Part shown: one piece after another, positions 9,281 to 19,368 of the stretch | Position numbering within the stretch: the stretch's first letter is position 1 | Layout: the number at the start of each line of letters is the position of its first letter | IMG/VR virus record: IMGVR_UViG_3300021139_001840 | Location: 32,792 to 96,791 of that record | Source: a virus | DNA: 64,000 bases | Strand: one strand, 5' to 3' | The notes under the pieces: generated by a model | What the model saw: the letters and a program-made list of their open reading frames with translations, nothing else | What the model was told of the DNA's origin: nothing | The model's database searches: none | Position numbers and translations under genes: made by a program

Positions 9281-9543
9281 CAATGGATGAAATTAAGCAT
9301 ACTTTGAATGCTTTACACACTTGCGGAGATCCAACATTTGAAAGAGCCGCAGAATATATACAACAACTCATACAGCGAATTCAAAGCTCTCAATTAAGTC
9401 AACAAGATGCCGCAGAATTATTGTTAGACGTTCAAAGACAGTTACAAATAGTACAAGATTCTCAAGAATTACACCATAAAGAATCATTGAATACTGCCAT
9501 CACTAGTTTACTATCTATACTGACATTAGGCAGCAACACATAG
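9277..9543 (+). CDS. hypothetical protein
   Basis: 88 aa, ATGA coupled. Confidence 0.65.
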   Translation: MTMDEIKHTLNALHTCGDPTFERAAEYIQQLIQRIQSSQLSQQDAAELLLDVQRQLQIVQDSQELHHKESLNTAITSLLSILTLGSNT

Positions 9544-9570
9544 TTATAAATACAAGTTACAAAGGATTTT

Positions 9571-10137
9571 ATGGAAAAAGCACAGCACCATAGAAAAAAT
9601 CGTGATGAAAATGATTACGTAGATGCGTCAGACGCTTGGATTTATACCAAATGGCGTCCAATGATGGCTTGGATGTATTTGGTAGTTTGTTTATTTGATT
9701 TCGTGCTTTTTCCAATTGGCTGGAGTTTTTTACAAGCTCTAGAACACGGGCAAATAGCCTCTCAATGGCAGCCATTAACATTGCAAGGAGGCGGATTATT
9801 TCATATTGCCATGGGATTAATATTAGGTGTAAGTGCTTATGGCAGAACTAAAGAAAAAATAGCTGGTGTAGCATCTCCGGGGTATTTAAATGATTTCTTT
9901 GGTGCTAACGCTGGCACCACTTATATTCCGCCAGGACAAGGGCAGGCTAATGTAAACAACACTAACCAGCCACCATATAATAATAGATTTTATCATTCAG
10001 ACAATCGCTATGATCCAGACGAAAATGGTAATTATGTAGCTCCGCCATTATTTGGTACAGCACCCAATAACACAACAAATAGTAAACCTGATTCAACTCC
10101 AGCTGGACCACCGATCCCCCCGTTCCCAGAAAAATAA
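9571..10137 (+). CDS. holin-like membrane protein (3TM/GTA-holin type)
   Basis: KWRPMMAWMY..FDFVLFP..WQPLTLQGGGLFH..LGVSAYGRT.EK; TATAAATA upstream. Confidence 0.7.
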   Translation: MEKAQHHRKNRDENDYVDASDAWIYTKWRPMMAWMYLVVCLFDFVLFPIGWSFLQALEHGQIASQWQPLTLQGGGLFHIAMGLILGVSAYGRTKEKIAGVASPGYLNDFFGANAGTTYIPPGQGQANVNNTNQPPYNNRFYHSDNRYDPDENGNYVAPPLFGTAPNNTTNSKPDSTPAGPPIPPFPEK

Positions 10138-10170
10138 TTGCAGTGACTTTAAAAATACATAATTAGTAAT

Positions 10171-10950
10171 ATGTCAGATCATTATCAAACACTAAATGTT
10201 CCCCGCGGAGCAACGCAAGAAGAAATTAAAAAGGCTTATCGCAAATTAGCCGGGCAATATCATCCAGATAAAGGTGGTGATAAAGTAAAGTTTCAGGAAA
10301 TTCAAGCCGCATACTCTGTATTAGGTGATGATCAAAAAAGAGCACAATACGATAATCCTGGACAAAATATTCATTTTGAATTTGGCAGTCCCGGAGGTTT
10401 TGATTTTAGTTCCATTTTTAGTATGTTTGGACAGCAAGTTCATCAACAATCACATCGTCAAAGTCATACACGCATGAGTTTGTGGGTAACACTACAAGAT
10501 GTCGCACAAGGCGGAAAACGCCCAGTTACTGTTGGTACTAGCCACGGTACTATGAATATTGAAATTGAAATTCCTTTGGGCATTGAAGATGGGGATAATG
10601 TTCAGTATCCAAAATTGGGGCCCGGCGGTACAGATTTAATTGTTAATTTCCGCATACATCCTAATCCTAAATGGGCACGAGCTGGGTTACATTTAACCAC
10701 TGAACATTCTATTAGTATTTGGGACTGTATGGTTGGTGGCACAACAGAAATACGTGATATATTAGGCAACCAAATTAATCTTACCATTCCTGCACTTACA
10801 CAGCCTGGCAGTTTATTGCGTTTAAAGGGCAGAGGGTTATCATCGCGTCAAGGAATCACAGGTGATTTATTGGTTAGAATTCAAGCCAAAATGCCATCAA
10901 ATATTAGCACAGAATTATCCGAACTTATTAAACAAGAACAAAAAAAATAG
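10171..10950 (+). CDS. dnaJ: DnaJ/CbpA-like co-chaperone
   Basis: J domain with HPD motif plus C-terminal DnaJ domain, no zinc finger. Confidence 0.9.
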   Translation: MSDHYQTLNVPRGATQEEIKKAYRKLAGQYHPDKGGDKVKFQEIQAAYSVLGDDQKRAQYDNPGQNIHFEFGSPGGFDFSSIFSMFGQQVHQQSHRQSHTRMSLWVTLQDVAQGGKRPVTVGTSHGTMNIEIEIPLGIEDGDNVQYPKLGPGGTDLIVNFRIHPNPKWARAGLHLTTEHSISIWDCMVGGTTEIRDILGNQINLTIPALTQPGSLLRLKGRGLSSRQGITGDLLVRIQAKMPSNISTELSELIKQEQKK

Positions 10951-11013
10951 CCATAACAGTTGTGTTTGCGACAAAATTGCTATATACTATTACAGTACCA
11001 AGCAAAGGAAAAC

Positions 11014-13293
11014 ATGCAGAATAATAAAGAAATTGAACAAATTGTTGCGCAGGCTGTCAAAATAGCTAAAGATCTTCAACACGAATACGTGTTAACCGAA
11101 CATGTTTTATTGGCGCTAATACGTCATGCTCCATTTCAGACTGTGATGGAAAATTTTGGTATCAATGTCAATATGTTAGACATGGAACTTGATGCTTATT
11201 TGCAAAGTTTAACAAATTTAGTCACTGACAAAAAAGATCACCAGCCTAGAAAAACAAATGCGTTGGAACGCTGTTTTAATCGAGCAATGACACAAGTTCT
11301 TTTTACTGGTCGTCGCTCTATGACTACTGGAGATTTATATCTTGCTATTATGGCCGAAACCAATAGCCATGCTCAATATTTCCTTTTAAAATATGGTGTT
11401 AAAAAAGTTGAGTTTTATGATTATTGGCAACAAAATTATAAACATGATGACATTAAACTTACAGGCACACAAGCGGATGAAATATTAAATGAATACTGTG
11501 TAAATTTGACTCGTTTGGCAACAGAAGATAGACTAGAGCCAATGATTGGACGCAGTGAAGAATTAGATCAAATGATTACAGCACTGGCAAGGCGTTTTAA
11601 AGCCAATGTATTAATGGTAGGCGATCCTGGCGTGGGCAAAACTGCTATTGTAGAAGGACTTGCTCAAGAAATTATTGCTAATCGTGTTCCTAAATTCCTT
11701 ATTGGACACGAAGTATGGTCGTTAGAAATTGGATCATTGCTTGCTGGCAGCAAATACCGCGGTGAATTTGAAGAAAAATTTAAACAAGTTATTGGTGCGC
11801 TTGAAGCTAAGAAAAATTGTATTTTGTTTATTGACGAAGCACATACAATGAAAGGTGCTGGTGCTAGTTCACAAAGTACTTTAGACTTTGCCAATATGTT
11901 GAAGCCAAGCATTACTAAAGGCACACTCAAAGTTGTAGCGTCAACAACATGGGAAGAATATTACGAATCATTTGAAAAAGATCGTGCTTTAATGCGTCGT
12001 TTCCATCGTGTGGCTATTGATGAGCCAAGTCCAGAAGTTACGGAACAAATTCTTATTGGATTAAGCCCACGTTTAGAATTATTTCACAATGTTATGATTG
12101 AAACAGAAGCCATTAAAACTGCTGTGGATTTAAGCGGCCGTTATATACATGACCGTAAGAATCCGGATAAGTCAATTGACTTATTAGATGGTGCTTGTGC
12201 TCGTGAACGTGTTAAAGATGCAGGCAATGTGCCTATTACTAAAGATTTAATTATGGCTCAGTTAAGTCGTGTAACTGAAGTGCCAATAGATAGACTACAA
12301 AACGAACGTTCTGCCAGCATAGTAGAGTTAGAAAGCAATATTAAAGAAAAACTATATGGGCAAGACGAAGCAGTAGATTCAGTACTTGAACGTGTCTACA
12401 TTAACTTTTCAGGCATTGGCAACGATTCTCGCCCCATTGCTTCATTTTTGTTCTTGGGTCCAACAGGTACTGGTAAAACGGAACTTGCTAAATTGCTGGC
12501 CAAGAATTTAGATATGCAATTATTAAAGTATGACATGAGTGAATATCAAGAAAAACATACTGTTAGCTCATTAATTGGTGCTCCGCCTGGTTATGTAGGA
12601 TTTGAAGATGGCAATGTCGGAGGTGGAAAACTTATTTCGGACATTTCAAAGAATCCATATTCAATTATTTTGTTTGACGAAATTGAAAAAGCACATCCAG
12701 ATGTTATCAACATTATGTTACAAATGCTTGATGAAGCTCGCATTACATCAGCCAATGGAAAAACAGTTAATCTCAAAAATACCATTATCATTATGACATC
12801 AAATTTAGGATCTCGTGATAATGAAAATAATAATATTGGGTTTGGGCAAGACTTAGAAAAAACTGGATCAGAAGAAAAAGCAATGAAAAACTTCTTCAAG
12901 CCTGAACTACGCAATCGTATTGACCAAATATGTAAATTCAAAAAACTTGATACATTGGCCATTAAGAAAGTTGTACTTAAATTTGTTGAGCAATTACAAA
13001 CAAGTTTAACTACAAAAAATATCAAACTTAATTTATCCGAATCAGTTATTGACATGTTAGCTGAAAAAGGATATGACAGTAAAATGGGGGCTCGTCCTTT
13101 GAATCGCAAAATTGATGAACTTATTCGTGTACCATTAAGTAAGAAAATTTTATTCGAACGGTTAACTGACTGTGTAATTAATGCTATAATGGTAGATGAT
13201 AAAATTGATTTTACAATTATACCAACAACTACATTTCCAGCTTTAGATAGTTCCGGAATAATTGTGCTGAATAATGAATCCCCTAACATTTAA
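11014..13293 (+). CDS. clpA: ClpA-like Hsp100 AAA+ unfoldase
   Basis: Clp N domain, two AAA modules (GDPGVGKT; GPTGTGKT), IGF ClpP-docking loop, GARPL; likely start ATG 11014. Confidence 0.9.
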   Translation: MQNNKEIEQIVAQAVKIAKDLQHEYVLTEHVLLALIRHAPFQTVMENFGINVNMLDMELDAYLQSLTNLVTDKKDHQPRKTNALERCFNRAMTQVLFTGRRSMTTGDLYLAIMAETNSHAQYFLLKYGVKKVEFYDYWQQNYKHDDIKLTGTQADEILNEYCVNLTRLATEDRLEPMIGRSEELDQMITALARRFKANVLMVGDPGVGKTAIVEGLAQEIIANRVPKFLIGHEVWSLEIGSLLAGSKYRGEFEEKFKQVIGALEAKKNCILFIDEAHTMKGAGASSQSTLDFANMLKPSITKGTLKVVASTTWEEYYESFEKDRALMRRFHRVAIDEPSPEVTEQILIGLSPRLELFHNVMIETEAIKTAVDLSGRYIHDRKNPDKSIDLLDGACARERVKDAGNVPITKDLIMAQLSRVTEVPIDRLQNERSASIVELESNIKEKLYGQDEAVDSVLERVYINFSGIGNDSRPIASFLFLGPTGTGKTELAKLLAKNLDMQLLKYDMSEYQEKHTVSSLIGAPPGYVGFEDGNVGGGKLISDISKNPYSIILFDEIEKAHPDVINIMLQMLDEARITSANGKTVNLKNTIIIMTSNLGSRDNENNNIGFGQDLEKTGSEEKAMKNFFKPELRNRIDQICKFKKLDTLAIKKVVLKFVEQLQTSLTTKNIKLNLSESVIDMLAEKGYDSKMGARPLNRKIDELIRVPLSKKILFERLTDCVINAIMVDDKIDFTIIPTTTFPALDSSGIIVLNNESPNI

Positions 13294-13987
13294 TCCTGTT
13301 CCTAAAGACAAATATTTTTACGACAAATATCGATATTGTATAGCGTTTGCTTTAGATGAAGTAAGTGCTATGAAAACACTCGACCATCAATATATTGATG
13401 CTGTTATTGAACGTAGAAAAGTTTGGCGCGAAGTCGCACAACAACGCTGGGTCAATGGGAAAAAAGGTGGTATTACTAGATCAATGCCTTCCATAGCAGG
13501 ATATCGTTGGAAGGAAATTACAGATAAAACTGTAGAAAATTTACACGAATTAGCCGACATATTAATGAAAACTTCTATAGATTTTAAATTAGTTACATCA
13601 GTTAATCAAGGTTGGGTGTATACAAATAGTGTTACATTAATTAAACGATTAACTTCCGTAAGTTTTCTTAAAGATATAGAGTATACCGAGTCAATAATTG
13701 TACGTCCTAGAAATACTATTAAGTTAACAAATCCTACGCACACTCATCGTAGTTATTTTAAAGGTACAAAATTAACCGCCCAAGATAAAACAAATCTCAA
13801 TAACTTTTTTATCAATCAAACAGAATATATACGAATTAGCCCTGCTTTGAGCAAATGGTTAGAAAATCCCTATACCCGTACTCAAGATTATTTCTTTATA
13901 GATCATACAGGTGAAAGCTGGTTAATAATGTTATCTTTAGTTAGAGCAGGATTAGTGAGGAAAACTGCTGAAATTATACCAGCATAA
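13274..13987 (+). CDS. hypothetical protein
   Basis: 237 aa ORF. Confidence 0.7.
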   Translation: MNPLTFNPVPKDKYFYDKYRYCIAFALDEVSAMKTLDHQYIDAVIERRKVWREVAQQRWVNGKKGGITRSMPSIAGYRWKEITDKTVENLHELADILMKTSIDFKLVTSVNQGWVYTNSVTLIKRLTSVSFLKDIEYTESIIVRPRNTIKLTNPTHTHRSYFKGTKLTAQDKTNLNNFFINQTEYIRISPALSKWLENPYTRTQDYFFIDHTGESWLIMLSLVRAGLVRKTAEIIPA

Positions 13988-13997
13988 ATACTTGACT

Positions 13998-14363
13998 ATG
14001 ACTTTAACTACAGAAACACTATTACCCACAACCGTTTATGGTACCCCCTCGGGAAACTATGATGGATCTAGTACTACTTTTATTGGCAACGCTATTCCGG
14101 CTGCTAACTTTTACGGTGGACAAGGTTCCGCGCAAACTGCTATAATTGAAGTAACAGGTCTACTAGCCAATATTACAATACAAGGCAGTTTAAATGATTG
14201 GACCGAACAGGCTGTATGGTTTGACATTGAACGTTATGGTAATACTACAGTTCCAGTCACTGAAACAACTGCTATTAATATGGTGGGTAATTTTGTTTGG
14301 CTTCGAGCCGCTGTTACAGATTTTACCGCAGGCACCGTCAATTCAGCTAACGTAATATATTAA
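13998..14363 (+). CDS. hypothetical beta-rich protein, probably virion-associated
   Basis: TAAATA immediately upstream; T/G/N-rich. Confidence 0.65.
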   Translation: MTLTTETLLPTTVYGTPSGNYDGSSTTFIGNAIPAANFYGGQGSAQTAIIEVTGLLANITIQGSLNDWTEQAVWFDIERYGNTTVPVTETTAINMVGNFVWLRAAVTDFTAGTVNSANVIY

Positions 14364-14376
14364 GCTAAATATTACA

Positions 14377-15201
14377 ATGCGTACTATTGTAATTTACCCC
14401 GGTCGTTATCAACCCCCACACAAAGGTCATAAATCTTCTTATGATTATTTGACAAAAAAGTTTGGTGAAAATAACGTTTTTGTAGCCACGTCAGATGTTG
14501 TTGCTCCAATGACTAGCCCTTTTAGTTATCCAGATAAAGTAGAAATGCTTGCCAAATTGGGAATTCCAGCTAGTCACATTGTGCAAGTTCGGAACCCATA
14601 TCAAGCGCAGGAAATTACACGTGATATTTCTAATCCTGAAGATACAGCATTGGTATTTGCTGTATCTGAAAAAGATATGACTGATGAAAAGCCACGTTTT
14701 ACGTTTGGAGTGAAGAAAAACGGTGAGCCATCTTACATGCAACCATATCCAGAAAATGGTAAAAAATTGCAACCATTAACTAAACACGGTTATGTTATGG
14801 TAACTCCGACTACTACATTTAAAGTTAAAGGAAAAGACGCCAATTCTGCTACAGCAATACGCAAACTGTATATAGATGGAAATGACAATGACCGTAAACA
14901 AATTATCCATGATTTATATGGTGTCGATGATTCAGCAATTAAAGATATTTTTGACAAGAAATTAGGCGTAGCTAAAAAGACTAAAGAAGTAGTATTACAA
15001 CCGCCTCCACTTGATGCCAATGTATTAGATACCCCGGCGCCATTGCAACGTGAAAATAAAAAATACCAAGCAAAAAAAGCACGTTTATTAGAATCAACTA
15101 TACTAGCTGAACGTAAAGCTGCACATTGTTATCGTTCCTATGACGAAGATTTAATACCTAATTACATAGACGAAAAAACAGGCAGAAAATTTTACCGGTG
15201 A
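14377..15201 (+). CDS. HIGH-motif nucleotidyltransferase (cytidylyltransferase-like)
   Basis: YPGRYQPPHKGH and SATAIR motifs. Confidence 0.8.
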   Translation: MRTIVIYPGRYQPPHKGHKSSYDYLTKKFGENNVFVATSDVVAPMTSPFSYPDKVEMLAKLGIPASHIVQVRNPYQAQEITRDISNPEDTALVFAVSEKDMTDEKPRFTFGVKKNGEPSYMQPYPENGKKLQPLTKHGYVMVTPTTTFKVKGKDANSATAIRKLYIDGNDNDRKQIIHDLYGVDDSAIKDIFDKKLGVAKKTKEVVLQPPPLDANVLDTPAPLQRENKKYQAKKARLLESTILAERKAAHCYRSYDEDLIPNYIDEKTGRKFYR

Positions 15202-15246
15202 TATAACTTCTGTTAAATATTAGGACATATTTTAACAGAGGAAAAA

Positions 15247-16206
15247 ATGGTATCCACAAATCAAGCAGTAGAAGCAAAAGCCCCCGAAGTAACTCCAACA
15301 ACAGAAGCCCCAGCTCAACAGGCACCTGGACCCGGTCAAGTACAAATCAATATTGATTTCTTAAAAACTACTAGAGTACACATCTGTATGCCCTGTTACG
15401 GTGGAATGTTAACAGAATCAACTTTCATGAGCTATATTAAATGGGCTAATACTGCTCGTCAATTGGGCATTGATTGGACTATGGAAACCATGACCAATGA
15501 GAGTTTAATCTCTCGTGCCCGTAATACTCTCACAGCCAAATTCCTCTCAAATCCAGATTCCACACATTTAATGTTTATTGATGCTGACATTGGTTGGGAA
15601 CCATGGCATTTGCTAGTTATGTTAAATCGTGATGTGGATGTTATTGGTGGACTATACCCGATGAAATCACTGCCAGTTAAATGGTGTGTAAACGGCTTTG
15701 AAGGTGCCGAAGAAGGTCCAGATGGTTTACAAGAAGTTACTAAAACAGGCACAGGTTTCCTCTTAATGAAACGTGGAGTATTTGAAAAATTAAATGCTCA
15801 CCCAGCAGTTAAACCATTTAACTCCGATATTGGTCTCCCACCAGAGTTAAATGTGTATATGAAAACTTATTTTGACACAGCAGTTCGCGAAAATCGCTAT
15901 TATAGTGAAGATTGGACATTCTGCGAAAACTGGCGCGATCTAGGTGGTAAAGTTTGGGTAGATAAACGAGTATTGCTACGTCATACTGGAACTTATGTAT
16001 TTGACTTTGCTACCCAAGATCAACTGTACAAAGATTTACATGAAATTGTGGTTAACAATCAAGCACAAGCACAGACTGTAGCACAGGCTACTGGTGCGGC
16101 TCCGGCACCAGCAATGGCAGCCCCAGTTGATACTACCGCTGTTCCTGCTCCGGCTGCTCCGGCTGCTCAGGTTATAGCAAGTAGTAAGGGAAAAAAGAAA
16201 AAATAA
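15247..16206 (+). CDS. GT-A fold glycosyltransferase-like protein
   Basis: ESLISRARN, MFIDADI, GTGFLL, SEDWTFC. Confidence 0.75.
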   Translation: MVSTNQAVEAKAPEVTPTTEAPAQQAPGPGQVQINIDFLKTTRVHICMPCYGGMLTESTFMSYIKWANTARQLGIDWTMETMTNESLISRARNTLTAKFLSNPDSTHLMFIDADIGWEPWHLLVMLNRDVDVIGGLYPMKSLPVKWCVNGFEGAEEGPDGLQEVTKTGTGFLLMKRGVFEKLNAHPAVKPFNSDIGLPPELNVYMKTYFDTAVRENRYYSEDWTFCENWRDLGGKVWVDKRVLLRHTGTYVFDFATQDQLYKDLHEIVVNNQAQAQTVAQATGAAPAPAMAAPVDTTAVPAPAAPAAQVIASSKGKKKK

Positions 16207-16231
16207 ACTGAATAGTTTATAAACGGGCAAA

Positions 16232-16266
16232 GCCGCTATCAGCAATGTTAGCGGTTTTGTTTTTTT
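16232..16266 (+). terminator. intrinsic terminator
   Basis: GCCGCTA..TAGCGGT hairpin followed by T run. Confidence 0.75.
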
Positions 16267-16281
16267 GCACTAAATATATTA

Positions 16282-18024
16282 ATGAACATTCAAGAACTTA
16301 AATCTTATAATCTAGCCGATGCAGTAAAGTTTCATGACCATCTTAATCCTTTATTGTGGGATAGGCAAGAACATTTACACCCCGAAATAAAGGATCAATT
16401 ATTAGCCATTGCCGCTGATTTTAGCGAATTTTTGGGAGTTAAAGATTTAGAACTTAAAGACATAACAATATCTGGTAGCAATGCCGCTTATTCTTATACG
16501 CCACACTCAGACATAGATTTACACTTAATTGTTGATTTATCCAATGAAGCTAATAACGAAGTTTATCGCGAGTTATTTGATGCTAAGAAATTTATATATA
16601 ATAGCGAAAATAAAATTACCATAAAAGGTATTCCAGTTGAGTTATATGTACAAGATGCTGGACAGGCGCATCATAGTCAAGGAATTTATAGTATTTTAAA
16701 TAATAATTGGATACAAGTACCTCGTAGAAAACATGCTGACATAGATGACATGAGTGTTCGTAGCAAATATCGAGATTTAAGCAAACGTATTCGAGAAGCT
16801 ATCAAAACTAATTCTACAGAAAAAATGTCCGAGGTTATGGATAAAATAAGAGCTTTGCGTCAAACTGGTCTTGCTGAACATGGAGAATTTGGTGCTGAAA
16901 ATTTAGCATTCAAACTGCTCCGCAATAAAGGTGATTTAGAAAAATTATCCAAAGCTCGTAAAGCAGCAAAAAGTCAAGAATTAAGTTTAAAAGAACGCGA
17001 ACGTACGCCTACCCCAGTTGTATATGGATATAAATCTGATCGAGATTACATTGATGAAGTAGGTATTACTCCTGATGGTACTGATCCTAGCACTTGTGAA
17101 TTTACCAATGAAGGACAATTAAACGAAGTAGGTATTACGCCTGATGGTACTGATCCTAGCACTTGTGAATTTACCAATGAAAATGATAATAATCAATCAG
17201 AAACAAATATCATTGATGACTTTGTAAAATTTTGTATTGACAAATTAAAATTAGATAATCCTCCTAAATTAAGATTACGCCGAGATCCAACATGGTCACA
17301 ACGCAATAAAACATTTGGAAGATTTAATCCTCAAACAGGTGAGTTAGAGGTGGCGGTAGGATCTAGACATATTATGGATACTCTTCGTACCCTGGCACAC
17401 GAACTTACACACCAACACCAGCACGAAACTATCGATATGCCAGATACAGCAGGAGAAACTGGAAGCGAGTTTGAAAATGAAGCTAATGCTCGCGCTGGCA
17501 TAATTATGCGCGACTATGGTAGTATGCATCCTGAATTGTTTACTGACAATATTATTGACGAAGGATACGGAGCCATTACACCTGCTGGCGAAAAAATTGT
17601 TAAATGGCAACAAGATAAACTTGCTGGAAAAGAATTTGCCATTCAAGGTTATAGAATTAAATTTACTGATAAAGGTCTTTTGATTTTTAAAGGTGCTGAT
17701 TTAATTTTTAAAAAACCCGGAGATTATTCCAATCCTACTAATTTGGATATGACCAAGGCTAGGCGATATATTACTAATTTGTCTAGAAATTGGAAACCAG
17801 ATCCTATAGTAAATGAAGCTACTGGCTATATCCCCACTGCCGCAGAAGCACATGATCCACGTTTTGAAATGGCACTTACTGTAGATATACGCCCAGGTGC
17901 GCTTGGCAAAAATGCCAATAAGTTATTATTAGATACTGATAGCCAAGGTCGTCCACAAGAACTACGTCCAGATGGCATAGTACATCGTATGATGGAAGAA
18001 TTAGAATTGTTTAAAAGGAATTAA
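16282..18024 (+). CDS. multi-module protein: Pol-beta-type nucleotidyltransferase + zincin (HExxH) metallopeptidase-like domain
   Basis: SGSNA..SDIDLH..VELY; TLAHELTH..ENEANA; internal peptide repeat. Confidence 0.75.
   Translation: MNIQELKSYNLADAVKFHDHLNPLLWDRQEHLHPEIKDQLLAIAADFSEFLGVKDLELKDITISGSNAAYSYTPHSDIDLHLIVDLSNEANNEVYRELFDAKKFIYNSENKITIKGIPVELYVQDAGQAHHSQGIYSILNNNWIQVPRRKHADIDDMSVRSKYRDLSKRIREAIKTNSTEKMSEVMDKIRALRQTGLAEHGEFGAENLAFKLLRNKGDLEKLSKARKAAKSQELSLKERERTPTPVVYGYKSDRDYIDEVGITPDGTDPSTCEFTNEGQLNEVGITPDGTDPSTCEFTNENDNNQSETNIIDDFVKFCIDKLKLDNPPKLRLRRDPTWSQRNKTFGRFNPQTGELEVAVGSRHIMDTLRTLAHELTHQHQHETIDMPDTAGETGSEFENEANARAGIIMRDYGSMHPELFTDNIIDEGYGAITPAGEKIVKWQQDKLAGKEFAIQGYRIKFTDKGLLIFKGADLIFKKPGDYSNPTNLDMTKARRYITNLSRNWKPDPIVNEATGYIPTAAEAHDPRFEMALTVDIRPGALGKNANKLLLDTDSQGRPQELRPDGIVHRMMEELELFKRN
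17056..17181 (+). repeat. two 57-bp direct repeats (69-bp period) encoding EVGITPDGTDPSTCEFTNE
   Basis: 17056-17112 and 17125-17181 differ at one synonymous position. Confidence 0.95.
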
Positions 18025-18026
18025 CA

Positions 18027-19367
18027 ATGAAAGCTCGTGAATTTATTATCGAATCTGCACAGACAACACTAGGTGGATTTAAAGTCACTCCGTTACATAT
18101 TGAAGATCAAGGTGTTGAAGAATCTGACATTAGTGGGTTATTAGCAGCCGGCCAATTTAATAAACAATTTAGAATTACAGCAAATATATACGGTGTCATA
18201 AAACACTTTAAGGTCAAAGCTCAGAGCGCACGAATCGCACAACATAAAGTTGAGATTCACCACCCCGGGGCTAAAATTTTAAATGTAGAAGAAATTACAA
18301 ATGAAGCTATTGGGTTAAATGCTCCACATCGCCGAATGAGTCGCGATGAGTTACAAGGTTATACCGATCGTATTAAAACTGGTACTAAGACAAAGAAAGA
18401 TAGATTTGCTCCAATCATACACGGTAGCAATATCAAAGCAATTACTAAAGATGACGAAGGTACCGAATGGGATTTAGATGATTTAGCCCGACAAATCACT
18501 ACCCGCCCTCGTTCATTATTAGGCACTAATGCTAAAATGAGTAAGAGTGCTACAGAAGGCGAAATTGTTTATGACTTAACATTGCCAGCATTAAGCGGTG
18601 TTGTTGTGGACGAGGAAACAGGCGATTTTGTAGAAATTACTACTTGCCCTGGTGCTGGTGGTTGTCAATTATTTTGTTACGCTCGTAAAGGTGGATATGT
18701 AATGTTCCCTGCTAGTAGTATGTCAGCTGCACAAGCATTAAACTTTTTAGTCAATGACCCTGCTGGATATATGGCCATGGTTAACAAAGAAATACAAGGT
18801 CTTAAAGGCAAAGCAGACAAGCATGGTATTAGATTAGTTGTACGCTGGCATGATGCTGGAGATTTCTTTAGTAAAGAATATTTAGATCTAGCATTTAACG
18901 TTGCTCGTACTAATCCAGATGTAAAATTTTATGCTTATACAAAAATAGCCGCGGCTGCGACTGCCAACAAACCAGATAATTTTATTGTTAACTTTAGTTC
19001 GGGAAGTAAACGCGGTGAAGAAAAGCAAATTGAACTACACAAAGCTCAAGGAAACGCAGTGAAAGATGCTGTAACATTACCCAAAGACTTGTTCCGCACA
19101 TTGTTTGTTACGGATGCTAAAGGCAAATATGTTAAAGATACCAAAGGTCGTACACAAGTTAAAAGTCCTGAAGCATGGGAAGAATTTAAAAAAATGCTGG
19201 CCACTAGGTATAAAATTGATCCAGCATCAATTATCACATACGATCAAATGTTAACAATTCCTGAAGGCCCTCAACCTAAGTGGAATGTGGTTATATTTCC
19301 AGCAGGACACGGAGACCGTGCTGCCAACAGATTGGATGTAATTAACAGTTTTTTAATGTTCCACTAA
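18027..19367 (+). CDS. multi-module protein with Gp88-like (Cys-cluster, radical-SAM-like) domain
   Basis: TCPGAGGCQLFCYARKG, VRWHDAGDF, FYAYTK; N-terminus MKAREFIIE. Confidence 0.65.
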   Translation: MKAREFIIESAQTTLGGFKVTPLHIEDQGVEESDISGLLAAGQFNKQFRITANIYGVIKHFKVKAQSARIAQHKVEIHHPGAKILNVEEITNEAIGLNAPHRRMSRDELQGYTDRIKTGTKTKKDRFAPIIHGSNIKAITKDDEGTEWDLDDLARQITTRPRSLLGTNAKMSKSATEGEIVYDLTLPALSGVVVDEETGDFVEITTCPGAGGCQLFCYARKGGYVMFPASSMSAAQALNFLVNDPAGYMAMVNKEIQGLKGKADKHGIRLVVRWHDAGDFFSKEYLDLAFNVARTNPDVKFYAYTKIAAAATANKPDNFIVNFSSGSKRGEEKQIELHKAQGNAVKDAVTLPKDLFRTLFVTDAKGKYVKDTKGRTQVKSPEAWEEFKKMLATRYKIDPASIITYDQMLTIPEGPQPKWNVVIFPAGHGDRAANRLDVINSFLMFH

Positions 19368-19368
19368 A

